DNA of 64,000 bases from an uncultured Nitrospiraceae bacterium (GTDB lineage: Bacteria > Nitrospirota > Thermodesulfovibrionia > Thermodesulfovibrionales > UBA6898), in contig CAWEQH010000010.1 of NCBI GenBank assembly GCA_963811165.1, forward strand, positions 256,001-320,000, written 5' to 3'. The notes beneath the pieces are model-generated. The model was not told the origin of the DNA. It was given only the letters and a program-made list of their open reading frames with translations, and did no database searches. Below, piece after piece: positions 59,020 through 64,000 of this stretch (its first letter is position 1; every line of letters starts with the position of its first letter). The position numbers and the translations under genes are program-made.

Positions 59020-61461
59020 TTAGTTTACCCCGGTAAGAAGGGATGCCTCCTCTTCCGAGATAAATACTGGGGCATCTGTTTCCAGAAGGACCTTAATTTT
59101 GTTGGCCCCCTTGAATCTGCCTTTGAGTATCTCTTCGGAAAGCGGATCCTCTATAACCTTTTGGACGGCCCTGCGCATAGGTCTCGCACCGTAGGCAGGT
59201 TTGTAATAATGCTCCAAAATCCATTCCTTGACTTCCTGTGACACCTCGACCACAAGTTCCTGTTCTATCAACTGTTTGTTGGTCTCCTCTATAAGAAGGT
59301 TGATAATGGAAATAAGATGTCCCTTGTCAAGAGGATGGAAGACCACGATCTCGTCTATGCGGTTAAGGAATTCCGGGTTGAACGTTTTCCTAAGCTCGCC
59401 CAGCACATTGTCTTTTATATTCTCATAGACTTCCCCCGTCCCGCTGCGCTGAAAACCGAGCGGGGTGGACTTTTCGATGATCCTCGCACCGACGTTAGAA
59501 GTCATAATGATAACCGTGTTTCTGAAATCGACCCTTCTGCCGAAACTGTCGGTAAGAACTCCTTCATCCAGCACTTGCAGCAGGATATTAAAGACGTCCG
59601 GGTGCGCCTTTTCTATCTCATCGAAAAGGATGACGGAATAGGGCTTCTTGCGTACCTTTTCAGTAAGCTGCCCGCCTTCTTCGTAACCCACGTAACCCGG
59701 AGGAGCACCCGTAAGCTTAGATACATTAAATCGCTCCATGTATTCGGACATATCGATTTTGATTAGCGAGCTCTCATCGTTAAAAAGGAAGCTGGCTAGT
59801 GCTTTTGCCAGTTCGGTCTTGCCTACCCCAGTGGGCCCGAGGAAGAAGAATGAGCCTATGGGCTTCTTGCTGCTCTTAAGTCCAGCCCTAGATCTCCGCA
59901 GGGCCTTTGAAACTACCCTTACCGCCTCTTCCTGCGAAATGATGCGCGTGTGGAGTTCCTCTTCCATTCTGAGGAGTTTCTCCGACTCTTTCTCCTCTAT
60001 TTTTATGATCGGGATGCCGGTCATCTTTGAAACGGTATATGCGACGTCCTCCTCATCTATTATGGGGATTTCCTTGTTGAGGTCATCCCGCCATTTTTTT
60101 TGCATCTGTTCATATATTTTTTTGGTTTTTTCTTCTTCCGTCCTAACCGAAGACGCCTTGTCCAGGTCGTGCAGCTTCACATACAGGTTCTTTTCCTTGG
60201 TAAGTCTGTTCATCCTGTATTCCAATTCCTTTAGCTCAGTAGGCGGAGTAAACCTTTTCAGCTTGATCCTAGAGCCCGTCTCATCCAGAACGTCTATTGC
60301 TTTGTCTGGAAGAAATCTATCTGGGATATAACGATCCGAGAGTTTAGCGGATGCGTTTATCGCCTCCTGGCTGATTTTGACCCTGTGATGCGCTTCATAA
60401 CGTGATCTCAAGCCGGCCAGGATCTCGACGGTGTCTTTCACGTCCGGTGGCTGGATATTGATAGGCTGGAACCTCCTTTCAAGTGCCCTGTCTTTCTCGA
60501 TATATTTCCGATATTCATCGGGTGTCGTTGCTCCTATGCACTGTATTTCTCCCCGCGAAAGGGCAGGCTTAAGCATGCTAGAGGCGTCGATGGATCCCTC
60601 GGCGGCTCCCGCGCCTATTAGAGTGTGAAGCTCATCGATAAACAGGATAATGTTATCTATCTGGACTATCTCCTTCATCACGATCTTCAAGCGCTCTTCG
60701 AATTGCCCGCGATATTTGGTTCCTGCAATTAGCGCCCCGAGATCAAGTGATATGATTCTTCTGCCCAACAGGCTTTCGGGCACGTCGCCGGCCACGATCC
60801 GCTGGCAAAGACCTTCAACGATGGCCGTCTTGCCGACACCAGGCTCGCCGACGATCGCGGGGTTGTTCTTTATCCTCCTGCCTAGTACCTGGAGCACTCT
60901 CTCAATTTCATCCTCTCTGCCGATTACGGGATCGAGGCGGTTTTCCTTAGCCATCTGGGTCAAGTCCCTTCCAAATTCATCAAGGGCCGGAGTGGCGCTG
61001 CGTTTTTCACGCATATTCGCATATGACTTCATGGAAAGGTTTATAGTCAACTGTCTGGCGCCTAGAAGGTTAGCACCCAGATTCCTCAGTATTTTGCCCG
61101 CGATCCCCTCATCTTCCCTGATAAGACCCAAGAGAAGATGCTCACTGCCTATATAATTATGTCCCAGGAGTCTGGCCTCCTCGACAGCCAGTTCCAGCAC
61201 TTTTTTGGCCCTCGGCGTAAAAGGGATATCCCCGAAGGTCAACAGGTTCATGCCCGCCGGCAGGTTCCTCTCGATCTCCATCCTCAGTTCTTCGACGGTG
61301 AGCCCCATTTTTTTTAATATCGCAACAGGAAGACCGTCGTCCTCCCGCAAAATAGCCAGAAGAAGATGTTCGGTGCCAAGATAGTCGTTTTGGCGTTTCT
61401 CGGCCTCTTCCTTAGCGAAAATAATGACTTTTCTGCCCCGTTCCGTAAATTTCTCAAACAT
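59020..61461 (-). CDS. clpC: ATP-dependent Clp protease ATP-binding subunit
   Basis: [12 protein letters not shown], two AAA modules ([16 protein letters not shown]), YGARP. Confidence 0.95.
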   Translation of the reverse strand: MFEKFTERGRKVIIFAKEEAEKRQNDYLGTEHLLLAILREDDGLPVAILKKMGLTVEELRMEIERNLPAGMNLLTFGDIPFTPRAKKVLELAVEEARLLGHNYIGSEHLLLGLIREDEGIAGKILRNLGANLLGARQLTINLSMKSYANMREKRSATPALDEFGRDLTQMAKENRLDPVIGREDEIERVLQVLGRRIKNNPAIVGEPGVGKTAIVEGLCQRIVAGDVPESLLGRRIISLDLGALIAGTKYRGQFEERLKIVMKEIVQIDNIILFIDELHTLIGAGAAEGSIDASSMLKPALSRGEIQCIGATTPDEYRKYIEKDRALERRFQPINIQPPDVKDTVEILAGLRSRYEAHHRVKISQEAINASAKLSDRYIPDRFLPDKAIDVLDETGSRIKLKRFTPPTELKELEYRMNRLTKEKNLYVKLHDLDKASSVRTEEEKTKKIYEQMQKKWRDDLNKEIPIIDEEDVAYTVSKMTGIPIIKIEEKESEKLLRMEEELHTRIISQEEAVRVVSKALRRSRAGLKSSKKPIGSFFFLGPTGVGKTELAKALASFLFNDESSLIKIDMSEYMERFNVSKLTGAPPGYVGYEEGGQLTEKVRKKPYSVILFDEIEKAHPDVFNILLQVLDEGVLTDSFGRRVDFRNTVIIMTSNVGARIIEKSTPLGFQRSGTGEVYENIKDNVLGELRKTFNPEFLNRIDEIVVFHPLDKGHLISIINLLIEETNKQLIEQELVVEVSQEVKEWILEHYYKPAYGARPMRRAVQKVIEDPLSEEILKGRFKGANKIKVLLETDAPVFISEEEASLLTGVN

Positions 61462-61619
61462 TGTAAACTCCTTCTCAGAACCTTATCGTTCCTAATAAAA
61501 TGATACTTTTTTTAGGGGGTCAAAGTCAATAAAGGGTATGTATTGCAGAGGCCTCCCCGAGACGGAGTTAATTCAAAGAGAATAACGATAACGTATGCGC
61601 GTCACTAGGGGATAAATCT

Positions 61620-62360
61620 TTAGTCCATTTCCTGACTGGCATTAATGAGATACTTCGCAGCCACTGCTTCAAGGGTGAAGGGAGCGGACTTCCCCTGGTA
61701 GAGCGTACGTAGCGTCTCCAAATCGGACTTCCACACAATATCACCGGGCGCGAGTAATGAAACGCTACCCGGTTCGTGGCCCGTAAGAAGCATGTTATCC
61801 TTGTAATAATAATGTATTTCGTTTATCTCCGTGGAGTATGCGCGCATCGATGGAGGAATATCAATGGGCCGGAACCATAGCTTTATTTCCCGTTCGGCAT
61901 CGCTGTTCGTCGCTGAGGCGTGGATCAGATTATCCATGCGATCGCCGATTATTTTTCCGTCGGCATCCTTAATTGGAACAATCGTGCCCAGGGAGCGAAC
62001 GCATCCGGGTCTAGTATCGCGGGCGACATGCGGATTTGTCGGACCGCAAATATCGCGCATCTTTTTAGTTGCATCGGGTCCCTGATATACAAATGCGATC
62101 ACTCTGCGTTTACCAGGTAGTTCGGGATAGTGAAGGCGCCCCATTATATAATCTATTAGTGAAGGATAAAACACTTTTCCGCGGTGCTCGGCATAATGTT
62201 CCTCGGCAAGCATCCTGGTGACGTGGACTATCTTGGCTCCGGCGAAACGCAGGCCTGTGTGAAATTCTGAAAGAAGGGATAACACATATCCAGTCAATGA
62301 ATTTTTGAGTGCATCCGGTTTAATCAATACAAGTGTCTGCTCAAAGTCCTCTTTCAACAT
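61620..62360 (-). CDS. Nucleoside-diphosphate-kinase-like protein with a C-terminal extension
   Basis: EQTLVLIKPDA, HYAEH, GPTNP, NLIHAS (catalytic His), AEREIKLWF. Confidence 0.8.
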   Translation of the reverse strand: MLKEDFEQTLVLIKPDALKNSLTGYVLSLLSEFHTGLRFAGAKIVHVTRMLAEEHYAEHRGKVFYPSLIDYIMGRLHYPELPGKRRVIAFVYQGPDATKKMRDICGPTNPHVARDTRPGCVRSLGTIVPIKDADGKIIGDRMDNLIHASATNSDAEREIKLWFRPIDIPPSMRAYSTEINEIHYYYKDNMLLTGHEPGSVSLLAPGDIVWKSDLETLRTLYQGKSAPFTLEAVAAKYLINASQEMD

Positions 62361-62637
62361 AATGGTCCTTTCTGCCCTGTTTTTTAAGCCAGCGATCTCT
62401 CCAGTAGACCCTTTGCCGATCCTGTCGATTTATTGATTCCTTCTTTTCCTCGTCCGTAAGGCCCAGTTCCATTATCTTCTCTACCCCTTTTCTCCCCAGA
62501 ATGACAGGCACACCGACAAAAAAGCCACCTTCCATGATGTCATAAAGGACTATATCGGCAAGCCCTGATTGTAAAATTAATTGGGCTGTTGTCGTGCCGA
62601 CGCGGCCTGCCCCGATTATGGACACCTTGGCTTTCAT
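62341..62637 (-). pseudogene. mdh: Malate dehydrogenase remnant with a large internal deletion
   Basis: The N-terminal KVSIIGAGRVGTTTA..DIVLYDIMEG is joined directly to the C-terminal GFFVGVPVILGRKGVEKIMELGLTDEEK. Confidence 0.75.
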
Positions 62638-62703
62638 AGGATCGTAATTATAAAAAAATACGTTCGTGATTGGCAAGTCATTTATGTTCGATGTTATTTG
62701 TTC

Positions 62704-62732
62704 TTGACATAAAAAGCAATCTTTGCTATAAA
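62704..62732 (+). promoter_or_regulatory. Sigma70 promoter of ino1
   Basis: TTGACA-17 bp-TATAAA. Confidence 0.65.
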
Positions 62733-62786
62733 AATTTTGCAGTATTCCCGCTTAAATATAGAGATAAAGAAGAAGGATAAGGTGTA

Positions 62787-63890
62787 ATGAGACAAATACG
62801 CATTGCAATCGCCGGCGTCGGAAATTGCGCAAGTTCGCTTGTTCAGGGCATCGATTATTATAGAACCATCAAGGGGAATAGTGCCCAGCGCTCGCTGGGG
62901 TTGATGCACTATAACCTCGGCGGTTACTCTCCCGGCGATATTCAAATCGTCGCCGCCTTCGATATAGACAAGAGAAAAGTGGGCAAACCTGTAACCGATG
63001 CCATAGCGAGTGCGCCGAACTGCACAAAGAAATTTCATGCGATATCCAGACGTTCTCCAGCGAAAGTCCTTATGGGTAATGTGCTGGACGGTGTGGCCGA
63101 ACATCTCAGCAATTACCCCGAGGAGAGAAGATTTATAATAGCCCGCAAGAGGCCTGCAAATGTTTCTAAGGTGCTGAAAGAAACGGGGGCGGAGATTCTT
63201 CTAAATTACCTGCCTGTGGGATCCGAAAAAGCCACCGCTTATTATGCCGAGGAATGCCTCAAATCAGGCGTCAGCCTTATCAACTGTGTCCCTGTTTTTA
63301 TCGTCTCAAACAGGGTATGGGCCAAGAGATTTAAAGATAGGGGGATACCTGTAATAGGCGATGACGTGAAAAGCCAGATAGGCGCTACGATTATTCACCG
63401 TTGTCTGGCAAAACTTTTCGAAGACAGAGGAGTAAAGATCGACAGTACCTACCAACTTAATGTGGGTGGCAACACTGACTTTCTGAATATGCTCAACGGC
63501 ACGCGCCTTCGGATGAAAAAGATATCCAAGACCGAAGCGGTGCAGTCACAGCTTCAGGTACCTCTGAATCTTGAAAATATCCATATAGGTCCTTCCGATT
63601 ATATTCCATGGCTGAATGACAACAAGGTTTGCTTTCTACGAATGGAGGGCAGGGGGTTCGGCAATGTCCCCATGCACCTCGAAATGAGATTGTCTGTCGA
63701 GGATTCTCCTAACAGCGCAGGGGTCGTCATCGATGCCATACGCTGCTGCAAAATCGCTCGCGACAGAAAAGTGGGAGGCGTCCTTGTCTCGCCGTCTGCA
63801 TATTTCATGAAACATCCTCTTACACAGTTCCCGGATGAGGTAGCAAAGGCAATGGTAGAGGACTTTATCGACGGCAAGTTAGAAAGATAA
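62787..63890 (+). CDS. ino1: Myo-inositol-1-phosphate synthase
   Basis: IAGVGNCASSLVQG, NYLPVGS, GDDVKSQIG, QLNVGGNTDFLNM, DSPNSAG. Confidence 0.94.
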   Translation: MRQIRIAIAGVGNCASSLVQGIDYYRTIKGNSAQRSLGLMHYNLGGYSPGDIQIVAAFDIDKRKVGKPVTDAIASAPNCTKKFHAISRRSPAKVLMGNVLDGVAEHLSNYPEERRFIIARKRPANVSKVLKETGAEILLNYLPVGSEKATAYYAEECLKSGVSLINCVPVFIVSNRVWAKRFKDRGIPVIGDDVKSQIGATIIHRCLAKLFEDRGVKIDSTYQLNVGGNTDFLNMLNGTRLRMKKISKTEAVQSQLQVPLNLENIHIGPSDYIPWLNDNKVCFLRMEGRGFGNVPMHLEMRLSVEDSPNSAGVVIDAIRCCKIARDRKVGGVLVSPSAYFMKHPLTQFPDEVAKAMVEDFIDGKLER

Positions 63891-63941
63891 AATTGCTCGG
63901 AAACAAGTTCGGACATTTTTTAGACCGGCCGCTTGGAAATC

Positions 63942-63957
63942 TGGCACGAGCAGTGCC
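63942..63957 (+). promoter_or_regulatory. Putative sigma54 promoter for a gene beyond the window
   Basis: TGGCACGAGCAGTGCC has GG-N10-GC spacing. Confidence 0.45.
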
Positions 63958-64000
63958 TTTTCACCCCAATACCCTGACAGTGGCCGGATTCCTGCTAACC

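Noticed and set aside
61518..61530. CtsR box upstream of clpC (GGTCAAAGTCAAT)
   Set aside because: It lacks the 3-nt spacer of the heptad repeat, coincides with a plausible -35 element, and no ctsR is in the window.
1..64000. Genome-wide UGA reassignment (genetic code 4 or 25)
   Set aside because: Many genes end at TGA at their expected C-termini (cfa, htpG, emrB, hybC), and Trp is encoded by TGG.

Overview
Mostly core chromosomal sequence (GC near 50% by eye) from an anaerobic Gram-negative bacterium. The gene content (Hyb hydrogenase, multiheme cytochrome, Fhs, 2-oxoacid:ferredoxin oxidoreductase subunits, ClpC, Ino1) suggests Nitrospirota/Thermodesulfovibrionia or Desulfobacterota; this is inference. 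The window holds about 50 CDSs: an AddA/UvrD helicase, Cfa, Prc protease, a TetR-MacAB-TolC-EmrA-TrmJ-EmrB efflux cluster (macAB region riddled with indels), Csp, HtpG, an M56 peptidase / 13-heme cytochrome / cytochrome b / heme-motif sensor kinase / response regulator cluster, a hybOABCD [NiFe]-hydrogenase operon, one complete IS1202-like element with a 16-bp target duplication, fhs, surA, purN, clpC and ino1. The most striking observation is in the hydrogenase large subunit. It has an in-frame TGA exactly at the second Cys of the N-terminal Ni-binding motif (RFCGV*TTVH), followed by a hairpin matching the bacterial SECIS pattern, while the C-terminal DPCLAC motif keeps Cys. This predicts a group 1c (Hyb) hydrogenase with selenocysteine at a Ni-Fe bridging position, not at the terminal position used by canonical [NiFeSe] enzymes. 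A second UGA plus SECIS-like hairpin in a TlpA-like thioredoxin (UxxC) independently supports Sec recoding in this organism.
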